This document shows positions 32,991 to 48,493 of a stretch of DNA of 64,000 bases, piece after piece; positions within the stretch are counted from its first letter, which is position 1, and each line of letters opens with the position of its first letter. Origin of the DNA: the human T2T-CHM13v2.0 reference genome, Homo sapiens; the NCBI RefSeq assembly GCF_009914755.1, contig NC_060928.1; one strand, given 5' to 3'. The position numbers and the translations under genes are program-made. The notes under the pieces were generated by a model. It saw only the letters and a list, made by a program, of their open reading frames with translations, had not been told where the DNA came from and ran no database searches.

Positions 32991-34484
32991 ACTGTGGTGT
33001 TCATAGAATTCACTTGGTTGTCTTATTCATTGCTATATCACCCACATTCAGCGAAAGTACCTGTTACATATAAAATAGGCATTTCATAAATACTTGAATG
33101 AATAAAGTCCGGACTAAATCACTCAGTGTTTTTACTTTTCTTGAAGATCTTCTGGGATTTATATTTTACCATTACCCCTAAAAGGTCAATAAGTCCTCTC
33201 ATACTAAATCTACCTCCTTTTCCTTTTGCTTAAATTTAAGGATATCTTTAAACTTCTCAGTCATTAGGAAGCTGGAAAAAAGGAACATCTTTTTGTTAAA
33301 AATTATTTGTTAAAAATTATTTGTTACAAGAAATCTGCATGCGAACTTGGGAGAGATACAGTCTTCTGTTGACTGTGGCATTCAATCAATCCCTCAGGTG
33401 GAAAGAATGTGTTACAGCTGGTTTGTTTTAGCAGCATGGCAACCAGGTGGTAACATATTGTGAGCTTAATATGGGGCAATTAATAAGTTTGAATGGCCAA
33501 TTATGAATTCATCTTGCATCATTCTGGAGCTGCCTCAATTGATATTCATTCAGTGCTTACTGGAAACAGAATAGGAGATATTTATATTTTGGTACTTGGA
33601 TTAGAGTTATGCAATTCTTCTCTCAGTTTACCTTCTTTTCCTGGAAAGTTTTTCTTGCTAAGAATGGTGTCTGACAATGATTAAAATGTCACTTGACTTT
33701 TTGCCAAGGCAGTAACTGGAAGTCTGACAGATGTGTAGTTAAACTTCTTGGTTCCTGCTAATATGATATTACAAATTTCCATAAAAAACTTTGAACACCT
33801 AAAATAGATGATATTCTGGGAATTGTCACCTATGGGCCAATTAATGACACTCAAATCTTTTGAGAAGGGATTCCAGTAGTATCATATAAAACAGAGGTTC
33901 TTAAACTTTGGAAAGTATCTAAATCACCTGTGGCATTAGTTTGAACTTCAGTGTGAAGGATTTCTACTAGATATTTCTGACATCGATAATTTCTCTCCAC
34001 TTGATTGCTGTTAAGTACTTAACTTGCATATCTAAAAGAAGGGAAATATATTAATTATATTTTAATTCCTTCACTCCTCTAATCCTCATTTTCTATCAAT
34101 TAGTCCTATAAATTTCATTCATTAATGTCTTTCAAAACTATCACTCTCCATTCCACTCACAGTTACTGCCTTAGTTAATGCTATGGATATTATAGTAGTC
34201 TCCCATATGGTTTCCCTACATATGATCTTTCTTCCTTTAAATTCATCATCTTATTCGCACAGTTATTATGTATATATTACCGATACATAATAGTTCTTTA
34301 GTGTTTGCTCATCACATCTTTTACCAATCTGTAGAATCCATAGAACTGGTAGAACAAAATATTTTTAGGTGGGACTTGGATAATTGTATAAAAAAGAAAC
34401 ACTTATAGGTTTATTTTTATGTGGACTTAAAAATATAACTGATGCCTTCTATTTGAGACAGGAGAGTTAGGTTCTTGGTAAATG

Positions 34485-36780
34485 GTAGAGTAGCAGATGC
34501 TGTTAGTACCCTGTCCACATTTTCTTGGCCCACCTGGATTTGCCTTAGCATTTCCATGGACCGTAGAAACCAATTATTTTTGATTAACTAGCTGAGGGAG
34601 GATGCTTGGTCTGTGCCTGGGTTAGGCCTGACTGGGGGAAGAGTGTTAACTGCTCTCAGAGCAACCAACAATGAAGGTCAGGAGTTTGTTGATAAATTAT
34701 CTCAACTTCCTTGCCCCTTGATGGGACAATTCCATGCTGAGTTCTACAGTTTCTTAGAGGATATCTGTTGCCTGCTGTGATAACTTGTTCTTTAACATTC
34801 TGTTTATTGGCTTTCCTCCATTTCCTTTCACTATTTCCCAATCCCTTAACATGCTTCCTGGAGTTGCTTTCTAAGGAAATTAGTTGCATCCAAATCCTTG
34901 ATTCAGAAAACCTAGTCTAAAGCAGTTGGTACCAGAGGTGGTCATAGAAAGCAAGCCCTTAGTATGAGAGTCTGAAATCTGATCATTCTCTGGCCAGACA
35001 AAATAAAGATCCCATTGCTGATGTTAACTGGGGTGGTAACAATACCAGCATGTTGTAGCATTGCTATTACCAGGTTTCTGGAAACCCTCAAGGTTTGCAG
35101 AAACAACCTTCTCTCTCTGGCTAGCAGCTTCCATTGCCTGGAAGCTTCTTCACTTGAGGCCCTTCAAGATGATGCTTGCCCTCCTTAAGATCTGCCTACA
35201 CATTTTCTCATTATTTCTAGGCTAATAACTAGGGTCAAGTTTTAGCATGAAAAAAAACAGGGATGTATAGTCTCTGCTATTGGTGGGAGTGTATTACTAA
35301 TTAAAGAGTTGTAACACATGGTTAATACCAACAGGAATGGAAAGAGCATGTGTGGGAATAGTGTAGAATAGGGGCAGGGGTAAAACACATGATTAGATAG
35401 GGAAGAGTTTATTGCTATAGAGGTATTTTCTCATAACTCAGGGTTTAACATACTGGCAATAATGCTGGGATCTGGTCTTAATATACCACCAGTGTAACTC
35501 CTTGAAATGATGGTGATAACAATGACATAGTAAATGAGGTAGAGATGCTTGAACTGCCATAGTAGATAATGAAGCAAAAGATCAGAAGTCCCAGAGGAAT
35601 CATCATGCTAGAATAAACATATTACAGAAAACAGCTGACTATGTTCTCTTGTAGGGCATAGAGGACACTTCCTACACTAAAGCAATGAACAGCACACTAG
35701 TGAGAGGGCCACTGGCATCCCTGAGAAGCTCAGCGATAGCTGTGTTTGTAAGCAAGTTGATGATAAAAGTTGCTACTGTGGTACTAACTGCCTAATGTCA
35801 GTGATGATAATAGGATTTTAATAGAAGAGGCCCAGTGGTGACACTTAACCACTCGAAGCAGGGTGATTATAATTAATTGCCAACACAGTTGGATAGGCAC
35901 CAGGGAGCCTATACTTATAGGGATCTGTAGCAATGGCTTATAAACCATGATTTCTTAGGGACAAGAGAGATGGGCAGCCAATTAAAGTATTGCTTGAATT
36001 ACATAACTAAATAATATTAAGAGCTTGCAAGTAGAGGGTTGAAATCAAGTTTTTTCTTGCAACAAAAAAATTCACTCTTACTCATTTTGCAGACATGAAG
36101 CCTATTGACTGAAGAGGAGGCTGATCCCCTTGAAGAAGGGCTATACAATACTACAACATGCATTTCCAGAAGGCGTTTACCATTTCATCACTCAGGGGCT
36201 CTATAGCCATTTACCAATACTCTGTACCCTGGGGCTGGGTATGCTCAGATCTTGTGAGGATTACTTTATAAGAGGGTAAGCCAATAGTGATACTAGAGGC
36301 TGTAAAATTCTCTCATGGCATCCTTGTTAGAATTGCTAAATATAAAGGCCATGAAACACATGGAGTCCTGGTCCAAGTTCAACTCATAGCAGGTCTAGAG
36401 TAGATCCAACCCACAACCCATTCTTGGTCATGTTTTCAGTTCCTGAGTACAGAATCATGGCAGCAACATCAGCAACTAGCAGAATCATCATTTTGGTTCC
36501 ACATTTGTGGAGTAAGAGCCACCTTGTTAGAAAAAGCCAAATGGAAACCTCTGAAATTGCCTTCCCCTACCTCTCCCTTATATTTTGGTTAATATGGTAA
36601 ATAAGAAGTAGTAATAGAGTACTCTATCCCAGGAGGAATTGCAGGAACTGTATCAAAGACTAAAAAGATGCAGGGGTAGTAGTCTTCATGATATCAAAGT
36701 TGAATTGAACTATATAGCCTTTATGAAAAACCTGGTTGATGAATCATGGTAGATGCAGGTGAACTTCAAAATGAAACTGT
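34485..36780 (+). mobile_element. LTR16 (~34485-34924) plus HERV16-like ERVL internal remnant
   Basis: LTR end (ttgcatccaaatccttg...ctaaagca) is followed by the ERVL-type PBS gttggtaccagaggtggtc. Decayed gag/pro/pol-like DNA follows (gccaaatggaaacctctgaaattgcc). Confidence 0.65.
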
Positions 36781-36869
36781 ACTAGTTTGTATTGGTCATT
36801 ATTATTTTTATTATTACAATTATCCTGGAAGTCAATGGAAGAAACTGTTTCCATGAAGAGGAAGTGATC

Positions 36870-37270
36870 ATCTATGTAACTTGCTGTTGAGATATCAACT
36901 AAAATCAGGACTAAGACTTGACTGTTGGATTTAGCAGCATTGTTGACCTTGACAAGAGCTATTTAGGTAAAATAGTGGTGGCAAAAGCTTGATTGGGTAG
37001 AGTTAAAGACAAAATGGAAGAGAATAATTGTATATAGAATATATAAGCAACTCTTTTAAAAAATGTTTCTGTTAAGTAAAAGAGAAGCAGTAGCTAAAGG
37101 GGATTAGAGTTCAAGAGGAATTTATTTATTTTTCCATGGGAGAAACTAGAGCATTTTAAAAATGTAGATGGGACATATTCAAACAAGAGGAAGTATTTAT
37201 GTGGACTAGGGAAGAATTGCTATAGCAATTTCCTTGAGTAGGTAAAAAGGGTTGGAAACCAGTGTACAAT
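36870..37270 (-). mobile_element. L2 fragment
   Basis: ttggatttagca...tgaccttgacaagagc is typical of antisense L2. Confidence 0.65.
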
Positions 37271-38536
37271 TTTAAAAAATTGCTTTTAAATAGATGAGGC
37301 AGTATATACATAAATGAAATCAGTAGTGAGTGTTCCCTTCAGATAACTGTAGTTGGATTAGTAGCAGGCAAATATGGCTTCAGAGAATACTATGCTCAGG
37401 GGATGAAAAGTATTTAGGATATCTCAAATATCTTATCATTTATTATGTTCATTTTTTGAAAGTTGAAGGTGTAGTGCTGTAATTTTGTCTACTATCAGCC
37501 CTGATGATTGGCTTAGCATTTTCTATTCACCACATGCAAAAAGTAATTACTCTTACCTTTCATATTGCTTTTACTTCTCTCTGACACATTTTGAGGGAAA
37601 ATGCTATGATATTCTAACAATTCAGATGAGATAAGAGGCTAGTATAACTCCACATATGAGGAAACTTCAAAAAGTTTGTGGAAAAAAATGGAATAAAAAG
37701 ATAAAAATAAAAAATATAAACTTTATTTCTTAACATAAGCTTCATCAAGTTCAAGACACTTTTAAAAGTGATGACACCAGCCATTTAGTCTATTCCTAAA
37801 GAACTGAGACCATGAGAATTTAACCATGTCGGTGTTTTGTTTTATTTTTTATTTTTTTACTGAAGAAAAATGGGAGTCTTTTACAGATATTTTAAGATCA
37901 GAAAACAAAAAGAACTTCAGAAGAAGCCAAATCAGGACTGTAAGGTGGATGCTCAGCAATTTTGCATCAAAACTCTTGCAAAATTGTCCTTGCTTGATGA
38001 GAGAAATGAAAAGGAGAATTGCCACGGTGGAGAAGGACTCACTGGTGAGGCTTTCCTGGGTATTTTTCTGCTAAAGCTTCAGCTAACTTTCTGAAAACAC
38101 TCTCATAATAAGCAGATGTTATCATTTTTTAGCCCTCCAGAGAGTAAACAAGCAAAATGCCTTGAGCATACCAAAAAACTGTTGCCATGACCTTGCTCTT
38201 GACCAGTCCACTTTTGCTTTGACTAAACCACTTCCACCTCTTTGTAGCCATTGCTTTGATCGTGCTTTGTTTTCAGGATCATATTGATAAAACCATGTTC
38301 CATTTCCTGCTACAATTCTTTGAATAAATGCTTCAGAATCTTGATCCTACTTACTTAAAATTTCATTGAAAACTCTGCTCTTGCCTGCAATTGATCTGGG
38401 TGCAATGGTTTTGTCACTGATCAAGTGTGAAAAGTTTGCTCCTTTAAATTTTCAGTCACAATTGTGTGAGCTGAAACAATCGAGATGTCTACAGTGTTGG
38501 ATATTGTTTCTGCTGCTAATCATTGGTTCTGTTTAA

Positions 38537-39245
<709 letters not shown>

Positions 39246-39514
39246 TCCATGAACTTTTTGAAGATCACTCTTATATCTGAGCATTTGTGTAACCCTAAAT
39301 CAAATCCTTTCATACTCTTTGATGATTTATTTTTAGGCTATGTCTCCCATTTCCAAGAGCAAATATCTGCAAAGTGGTAAGATCCTTGGTGGCTTTGAGT
39401 AAATTAAAAGTATGTGAGATAGGAGAAAACCTTAGGAAGGCTGAGCATCTGTAAAAGCATCAAAAAAAGCCTTTCCTGGGCTGAAGGATCAGAAATCACC
39501 TGCCTCTGCCCCTT

Positions 39515-39640
39515 GAGTTTACACATGAGGAAAACGAAAGTCAGGGAGATTACGTGATTTATCCTAAAAGATATGATTGAATAATGGCAGAGCCAGAGTT
39601 AGAAGCAAGGTTTCCTGACTTCTACTCTAGTGTTCTCTAT
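39515..39640 (-). mobile_element. MIR fragment
   Basis: atgaggaaaac...tggcagagccagagttagaagcaagg MIR core. Confidence 0.6.
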
Positions 39641-39963
39641 ATAATACCTTCCTTTTTGATTATAATGCATTTGTAAAAAAATCAATGTGTCAAATTTTAG
39701 GATACATATAAATAATTATTTTTCAGTATGATATACATCATAAAGTATGGATTTACGTAAATGACCCACCCAATATTTATTTTATATAGTCAAACATAAT
39801 TTTCATTTTATAAAAATATTTATATTTATAAAATATTTACGTTTTTTATATTATGTATAATTTATTTTTGTATATTTAAAATATTTATAATTACAAAATA
39901 ACTTCAAAAGCTTTTTTAAAGATGGTGCAAATTAGTTTTGCCAAAGAATAAGCTAGGTTGAGT

Positions 39964-40390
39964 ATTGGGATTCACTCAGGATAGTGGCAGAAATATTAGG
40001 GAAAAATATTAGTTATGACAGCCACAAAATCGTTTTGGAAGGCTGTTTTCACATGACTTCGGTAATGGACCCATTACCTTTAGTTAAATAGATTAGAGTA
40101 GTAAACAATGGGAGGTGAGGAAGTTATATAGTTAAGCTTGTTTACTCATATGGTCTTAAGATGAGCCTTTGATGTGTGCTTTTTACTCGGGAAGTCCACA
40201 ATGTCAATTACACTCAAGCTTTTGTTAACTAATCTTAATGAATAAATGCAAGCCTCCCGACCTGATGGGGCAGGCAGCAGTGACAAGCCTCTCTTGGTGT
40301 GTAGGCAGTCGGACACTCAGCAAAACTGGCAAAACAGAATATCTGTGTGTCAGTGTACGTTTTATTCATCTGTCGTTTGGGTCAGGGTCT
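39964..40390 (+). mobile_element. LTR22-like (HERV-K HML-5) solo LTR, 3'-truncated
   Basis: gggattcactcaggatagtggcagaaatatt...aatatctgtgtgtcagtgtacgttttattcatctgtcgtttgggtcagggtct. Confidence 0.7.
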
Positions 40391-41779
40391 TGAAATTTTT
40401 TGCTTCTTTGATGTAACAGGTTATTACAGACTAGGAAACCATATTGTCTTAAGAAAGCAAGGAAGAAAAAATGTTTTTCATCAGCTATGGTTTGGCCACT
40501 AGACAAAGACTCACATCCACAGCATTATGAATAGGCATTATCTCCAATACACAGTATAACAAGCTCTCAGAGGTTAAGTAATGGTCCCAAGGTAACGGAT
40601 CCAAAAAGTGGGGAACTGATATTTCACTGAAGAGAAATTTGTGAAAGAAAGGAAAATATTACTGACCTCATAGTTTTGTGCAGGTCTGACTCTTCCATAT
40701 GACTCTGTTCAAATTTATCCTACCATAAATAATTGTATAAATGATAAGAACAAAAGGTATGTGCAGTTAATAAATAACTGATTGATTGATTGAGTCTGGT
40801 GTCTTTTCTTTCACCAACTTCCTTGTGACAGTAAGAAAGTCACTTAAACTTCCTCTGTCCTCATAAGACCGATTTTGGGTTCTTATATTTGATTAGTGTA
40901 TGAGCTCATATATGTCCTGAGAATTTCAGATTTTCATAGAATAGATACCATCTTCATATCACTTAATAATTTTGGTGAATATCCTGATTCTATTTCTGTT
41001 AAGGAGATATTTGGACTTTGCACAAACTAGTAATTTGTCAGATGCATTGCCTGTGTCAAACACTACTTAAACAGACACTGATAAGTAATTTAGAAACAAA
41101 ATAAAGGTGTGTGATTTTTTGTGTGTGTGAAAAGGAGGAGGAATAGAAATGTATACAATTTTTTAAATGATACATTTCTCAAAAGCTGATACATTTCTCA
41201 AAAGCTTGTATTACAAGAAAATAGCTGGTGTATGAGAATACAAATGTAAACTGGATTAGAAATTAATGTGAAACAGTGAAATAATTCTTTTAAAATTCAG
41301 TGATATGTGTTCTACATATGCCAAATATTTATTAGTGTTTTAACCAGCTTAAGGTATAATTGATTATAACATTAAAAATTATAGAAAAAGAAAAGAAATT
41401 GAGAAGCTCTTCAAAATCGATGAGTCACTTTATTCATCTATTTTAAGAATAAGAACTCTTCCTTGGACAAATTCATGGAAAATGAAAAATATAACTTCAA
41501 AATCTCTTTCCTTCTTTCTTCAATATGTATTTCTTTAAGCATCTATCATAAAAGGCATTGTGTTAGGTGTTCTGAGGAATTTAAAAAATGGAAAAGAGAT
41601 TGCTATCTTCCTAATGATGAATAAGTAATCATTAGGAGGATAGGAATGGGAGGTTTAGGAGGGGGAATAAGGACACATACAATTGTGATGCAAAAGGAAG
41701 AATTTGAACAATCTCAGAAGAGTGGCAAAAATTTTGATTGGAGTTTCAGTTGAGATGACATTAAAATTATAGATGCTAA

Positions 41780-42680
41780 ATTATCTAACAATGAACATGA
41801 AATACCTGCTTCATAAGGTTCTTGGGCATTCCATATAAGGTTAGTTCCAGTTCATATTGATATTGTGAATGGATCTTTATTTTGTAGTTGATTTTGCCAG
41901 TGTAGAGGAATGTTTTAGATTTTTCAAACTGATTCGATAACACTGTCTGATTTGTTTTAATAGCACCAACAGATAGTTGTTTATGTTGGTATAGAATTTT
42001 GGTATACAAACCTTATAGAATTTCAAGTTTTCTATTCCTAGGCTCAGGAAATGCTTCACTTTGTTTTAGCTTTTAAATAACAAATAGGCATTAAACTTTG
42101 TCAAATATTTTTCTGTATCATTGGAGAAATCGCATGATTATTCAGTTTGCATCCATTGATTTTCTGTTGTTTAATTATTTTTGCAATACTGGAAAAAACC
42201 TTAATCAATCATTTTCAAATGCTCTTACTGGATTTGGTAGGCTAATATTCTACTTAGAATGTTGGCATCTATGTTTATAAGTGAAATGGCCCTGTAATTT
42301 TCTTTTCTTGGACAAGCCTTAACAAATTTTGGGCTCAAGGCTATCTTAGCATCCTAAAATCTGTTAGGCAACCTCCTCCCCAACCATGTTCAAAATTATG
42401 GAACAGCTAGTAAAATATAGAGTTATGTGTTCCTTGAGAGTTTTGTAAACCTTACCTGAAACTCTCTGGGTCTAAGATTTCCAATTCTATATTACTTGTC
42501 TATTAAAGATATTTATATTTTCTTGTACCAATTTTGGCATTTTATATTTTGTCAATAAATATATCCCTTTAATCTAGGTTATTATTATTTTTAGCATAGA
42601 GTTGTTCAGATTATATGTTTATTTTAAAATTTTTAAAAATCTTGTTGTTTCTATAGCTATTTGCCTCTGTATTTCACTAT
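41780..42680 (-). mobile_element. Old L1M fragment
   Basis: T-rich antisense ORF2-like DNA (ttgtcaaatatttttctgtatcattggaga; gcatctatgtttataagtgaaatggccctgtaattttc). Confidence 0.6.
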
Positions 42681-43508
42681 TTTGGTATTGCTTCTTTCTG
42701 CTCAAGAGAGAGAAAGACAGGGGTCAAGGAGACTAATAGAGGCTTCCAAGGATTAGTCGACTTATGCGGAAGGCAAGGTTGCAGGAACAATGAAGTATAA
42801 TTGGAGAGAAGTATATGAACAAAGTTATTGAAGTCAGAAAGATTTTTTTTTGAAAGGAGTAGATAAAAAGCTATTAATTCGCTTGGAGCATAGAATACAT
42901 ATATTATAAGGAAGGGGCCTAGAAGATAATGCCTTAAAGCATAAGTTTGGCACTCGAGCTGGAGCAAATAAACAAGTCTAAGGCAAGTTTAAGAGGTGAT
43001 GACCAAGGAACATTTTTGAGAAAGTAACATGATTAGGAGCAGAGATTTAGCTGACGTAGATTGTGAAATAACTAAACAGGGACCAACCAAAGAATAATAT
43101 TAGTCAGTCGTACATAATTATGAGTTACTTTAATTCAGTAATTAAGAATCTCCAGAATTACTGTATTGTTTTTTCTTTTCCAATTTCTGTCACCCTTTTT
43201 AAAAAGTTTATACTGCATTCATTGCTTTTGCTCCTACAGCGCCTCCAGTTTTCTTAAGTTCTTGCTATATGGTTTCTGCCCCGACTGTTTAACTCCTAAA
43301 AAGCATCATAGACCTGATGTTGCCAAATCAAATTACTTGTTTGTATTTTCATCCTATTTGAAATTCGGATACACTTTACCTCTATGTCATTAGGGAAATT
43401 TTCTCTTACCTTGGTTTCTATGAAATTTGGTTACTTTGTTTTCTTTCTTTTCTATAATTATTTATTCTATGGCTCCCCTTTTTCTTCTCCCCCCAACCCC
43501 ATTTGTTC

Positions 43509-43814
43509 TTTTTTTTTTTTTTTTTTTTTTTTTTGAGATGGAGTCTTGCTCTGTCATCTGGGCGGGAGTTCAGTGACGCGATCTCAGCTCACTGCAACCT
43601 CTGCCTCCCGGGTTAAAGCGATTCTCCTGCCTCAGCCTCCTGAGTAGCTGGGACTAAAGGCACCTGCCACCACACCTGGCTAATTTTTATATTTCTTGTA
43701 GAAATGGGGTTTCACCATATTGGCCAGGCTGGTCTCAAACTCCTGACCTTGTGATCTGCCCGCCTGGGACTCCCAAAGTGCTGGGATTACTGGTGTGAGC
43801 CACCACACCTAGCC
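43509..43814 (-). mobile_element. AluS
   Basis: TSD catttgttctt at 43500-43510 and 43815-43825. Confidence 0.95.
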
Positions 43815-46622
43815 CATTTGTTCTTATTTACTATGATTTTGTTTTGTTTTGGGGGAAAAGTTAGTGGCTGGGCAAAGAAATCTAGGCAATTGTGTTTTTT
43901 CTTATAGCTTCAGTCATAACTTCTACCATGATAACTCTCAAATCTAGACTGAACTTACCGAAAGCATGGTCTGTATCTCCTTCACCATTGTAAGCCCACT
44001 GCCTAGCATTCATTCAATAAGTCTGTATCAAGAGGCTGCTGTAAATTAGGAATCTGCTAGATGCTAGACATACAATGGCGACAAGATGACCATGATTCCT
44101 GAAGAGGTTAGTAATAAATCGTTCTTGAGTAGATGAGTCAATATCTGTCCTCAGCCTTGGTCCCACTTGCAAGCTCCCTACTTGTCAGATATGTTCATGC
44201 TGAGGTATATTAAAAAAAAATCTAAAACTAGCTAATCTTTTTCTCTAAGTTTTTTCTTCTTCCCATGTTGTGGTTTCTGCTGATCATACTACTCTTTTCC
44301 AAATTTATTAAGCTAAAAAAAATCCCAAACATCTTTGTTGCTTTTCTCAATTTAACTCTCCACAGCCAACTAATTGCCAAGTTCAAGCAATTGTCATGTC
44401 TTTACAAACATTCTAAGAATTTTCTCATGGTTTTCCCTCCATGCGAGAGCTCTTTCCCTCCAATGCATACCATGCATTGCTGCCAAATTGGTAGAGCCGA
44501 AGCCCAACCTTAATCATGTTACATGCAAACCAGCTAGCCACTGCCAAATAAACTCATTATGAGTTTTCTCTCTGTCTATTGCATTGTAGGTGCTATGTGT
44601 TCTAAACATGCAATTATTTAATTATGTTACATGCATTCCTATCTCAAGGCCTTTGCTTTTGCACTTTCATGCACTTGAGGTATCGAGGTACCTCTGTCAC
44701 TGCATGTTTACTCCTTTCATTCTTCAAAGCCTACTTTAATGCCTACTTTACTTTCATAAAAATCCTTTCTGATGCCCCAGCATCCTTTATCTCCACTGAA
44801 TTACACTGGCTTTTATTAATATACCATCTTAATTTCTAACACTTTCTAAATGCATAAAATGGGGGTTCATTCAGTTGGTTGCAGGGCTTAGGATTTTATT
44901 TTTAGTTTACAGAGCTAAGGCAAGGAAATAGAAGGCATCGCCATTAAAAATGGAGAGGGTGGTGGGAAATTTTCTGGCTGTGGAGCAAAAGTTCTAGAAG
45001 ACAGAAGATTCTGCCTCTACTAAAATTTCAGCCAACTGAGGCAAGGGAGTGGGTAATTAGAAGATTTCTGTAAAGATAAATTAGAAAGAAAATCATCAAA
45101 GTTACATTAGGACACATTATTTTCATCTTGTTTACCAAAGTACCTCATGAGATAATTAAAAGAAAGTTTGGACAGAGTTTGACTACAGCTTTCAATGCCT
45201 TTGGAAAGAATAGGCAGCATATTGTCAACTTCGCTGTACAACAACAGCAACAAAAAGTCAGAATTAAGAGAGTATTTTGTATTTTCCCTAAATCTGAACT
45301 TCAAGACATTTAATTATACTCTAGTTACTTAAAAGAGAAGTCAGAATACAATTTGGGAGTAAAGTTAGTTTATATTTATGGAAAAATTTCCCTCCGGAAA
45401 TGGCAGCAAACACTTACCTGATGTTTTTAGAAAATTCCTGGGGACTCATTTGGTATTTAGATACATTTCCTTTTCAGACAAAGGCCAATACAAAATTTTG
45501 TGACTAATTTATTGAAGGTCTTTCCCACTGGGCAGGTCAATATTATATGAATCCTGCTTCTAGAAAAAAAAAAGAAAAAGAAAAAAAGATAATCAACGAT
45601 TAAACTTAATTTTAAAAACAGAAGAGTCAATTACAGGACTGAAGGGCGCTTCTTCACTCTGTGAATGTTTGGTGCTTCTTTTGACTAGGATTTGACTGTG
45701 CTGCGTCCACATTCCTAGAGATGTTAGAGAGCAAGCTAATTATAAAAGGGAGCTTGATTTTTCTCCCTTTTTCCCCTTCCCAGATTCATGATTTATTCTC
45801 TTGCCTTCTCTGCTCTGCTTTTTGTGAGTACTTTTGGTGGAGTGACCTTATTACTTACAATTCCTGGGTCCACTACCCCTCTGGCTTCTGAGTGGGTTCA
45901 GAGAGTCAGAGGACCTAAGGAAAAAGGGGCTGGGGTTTTTCTTCACCTGCTCCTTTCCTGTCTTTGTGCCTTAAAACTATAGATCCTACTTGGCTACTGT
46001 CACTGGACTCAAACACCATCAGTTCCTCTCCTTATCCCTTCAGGCTGGGGTGGTAACGGCTCCCTCCTTTTTCTAAACCCTGAGTGCATCCACATTTTCT
46101 ATAGGTTCCCTTAACCTACCGACCCCTTCAGAAATAGTCCCTTCCCTAAATTCTTTTAAGCCTTTGGGCTGTCAACTGAAGAATGATGAGTTTCTTAAAT
46201 TTGGACAGGAGAGCTTTATTTCTCATAAAGGGCTGCAGCTTGCTGGGTGGCCAATCTCACAGGCTAGAAAGCACAGCCTCTGGCCAGAAGCTGGAAACAT
46301 ACACTTCAACGGAGGGGCAAAGGGAACAGGAATTTATGCTGAGCAAGGTGGCCAAAGATACATATTTAATACGCTATAGGAAGAGTCGTAAATATTTATG
46401 AGCGGAGAAATGTGCGTGTGTGCAATTGAGATTCATGCCTCTCCGTAGGACCCATGTTCAAAAAAAGGCAGCGTGTTAGCATGATGTGAGGTTAGAGTTT
46501 TCAGTCCTCTGTCATCAAAAGGTGAAGCAGAGGACATGAAAACCCTCACTATGCATCCACTGTGGACTTGCCAGAAAACACTCCGTGGCCAGTAATCTCT
46601 TATGAGGAAGAAACGCTGGTAG

Positions 46623-46915
46623 TTTTTTTTTTTTTTTTTTTTTTGAGATGGAGTCTCACTCTGTTGCCCAGCCTGGAGTGAAGGGCTCACTGCAACCTCT
46701 GCCTCCAGGTTCAAGCAATTCTCCTGCCTCAGCCTCCCAAGTAGCTGGGACTAAAGGAGCGTGCCACCACACCCTGCTAAGTTTTTAAATTTTTAATAGA
46801 GATGGGGTTTTGCCATGTTGGCCTGGCTGGTCTCAAACTCCTGACCTCAGGTGATCCCCCTGCCTCGGCCTCTGAAAGTGCTGGAATTACAGGTGTGAGC
46901 CCCACCGTGCCCAGC
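46623..46915 (-). mobile_element. AluSx-like with a small internal deletion
   Basis: Long poly-T, then an Alu body; gcctggagtg-aagggctcactg lacks about 12 nt. Confidence 0.93.
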
Positions 46916-47267
<352 letters not shown>

Positions 47268-48493
47268 TGATATCAGTGTGTAGTCTTTTCAAAGAGCTGG
47301 TTTTGATTTAGCCCTTAGTGAAGAAAGTGTCTTGGCAATTAGCGAGGGAGGGGGTTATAAGGAGACGTGTCTGATGCCCCATCTCTTCTTGGTCGAGAAC
47401 TCAGTTTTCAAGCTTACTCTGGGGTCCTCTTGGCCAAGAGGGGCTCTGTTCAGTCAATTGTGAGGCTTAAAATTTCACTTTTATTTCTCAGGGCTGAGTG
47501 TGCCTTCCTTTTGCTTTCCACTGGGGCTCAGACTGATCCAGAGAACTGAACTGTTATCTTTATTTACAGAAAAATATATAACTGAAAGATGGGCCACGGA
47601 AGCTTCAAGATGTGGTGTTGGAAATTATGACTGTGCTGTTTTATGGCTTGACGGTGAATTCTGTATATGGTTAGGAAGTAACTTTGCTCTTTCTCACTTC
47701 TGAGTGCCCCTCCACACTTAGACCTAGGCAAGAGGCTCCTGCTCTGAGCCCTGTGCTTTAGCAGACCTCACTCTGGCCCTCCTCTAGCTGTGGTCCTTTC
47801 CTAGGATTGAGGAGTCTGTGTGGCCAACAGGATGTGCTGAGTAAAACCCCTGTCTCTATCCATTATACTTCACCCCAACCTCTCATCCCTTTGCCTTCCA
47901 GCACCTGACATCTAAACTGCGTTTTGGATATATTGGCTCTAGAATTCTCCACCCAAACACAGCTGAGCCCACGAGCCCACTTCTAGGCCCTGACTGTACA
48001 TTTTTTTTTTTTTTTTAGAAAAGAACCAGGTTGCTGCCCTGGTGATTTGGATGGAGCTAAGGATGGGAAGAGAGAGGCAGTATTCAGACCAGGAATTGGA
48101 GCTGGAGGTTGAATTTCACCACCATCTTCAGGTGCAAAACCTCAAGAAATCCACTCAGTCTAAATTTAAACCTGCCTTTCTAGTTTCAGTTTCCTTTGAG
48201 TAAACTAAAAGGATGATGCCAATCAGGGAGGGGTCTGGAACACTGTGTGGTCAAAAATTACTTAGTCTGGACTGGATGGCGTGAGGGGAAGCCTCTGGGC
48301 ATGGAGTAGGAGGGGCTGTGTGCTGGGCTGGACCTCCATCTCGATCATTTCCTTTGTGTTTTCTCTTTTCAATAAAACAACATATTTGATCCCTCTAATG
48401 TGTTCACTATTAAGCACTAAAATGACACAAATACAAGTTTTTTGATAATTTCCTGAAGCAAATAATTTATCCTAAAGACCATTTTTTGCCTAC

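Noticed and set aside
45128-45313. Short ORF with QQQQQ
   Set aside because: 61 aa, non-ATG start, produced by a caa/cag microsatellite, with no exon support.
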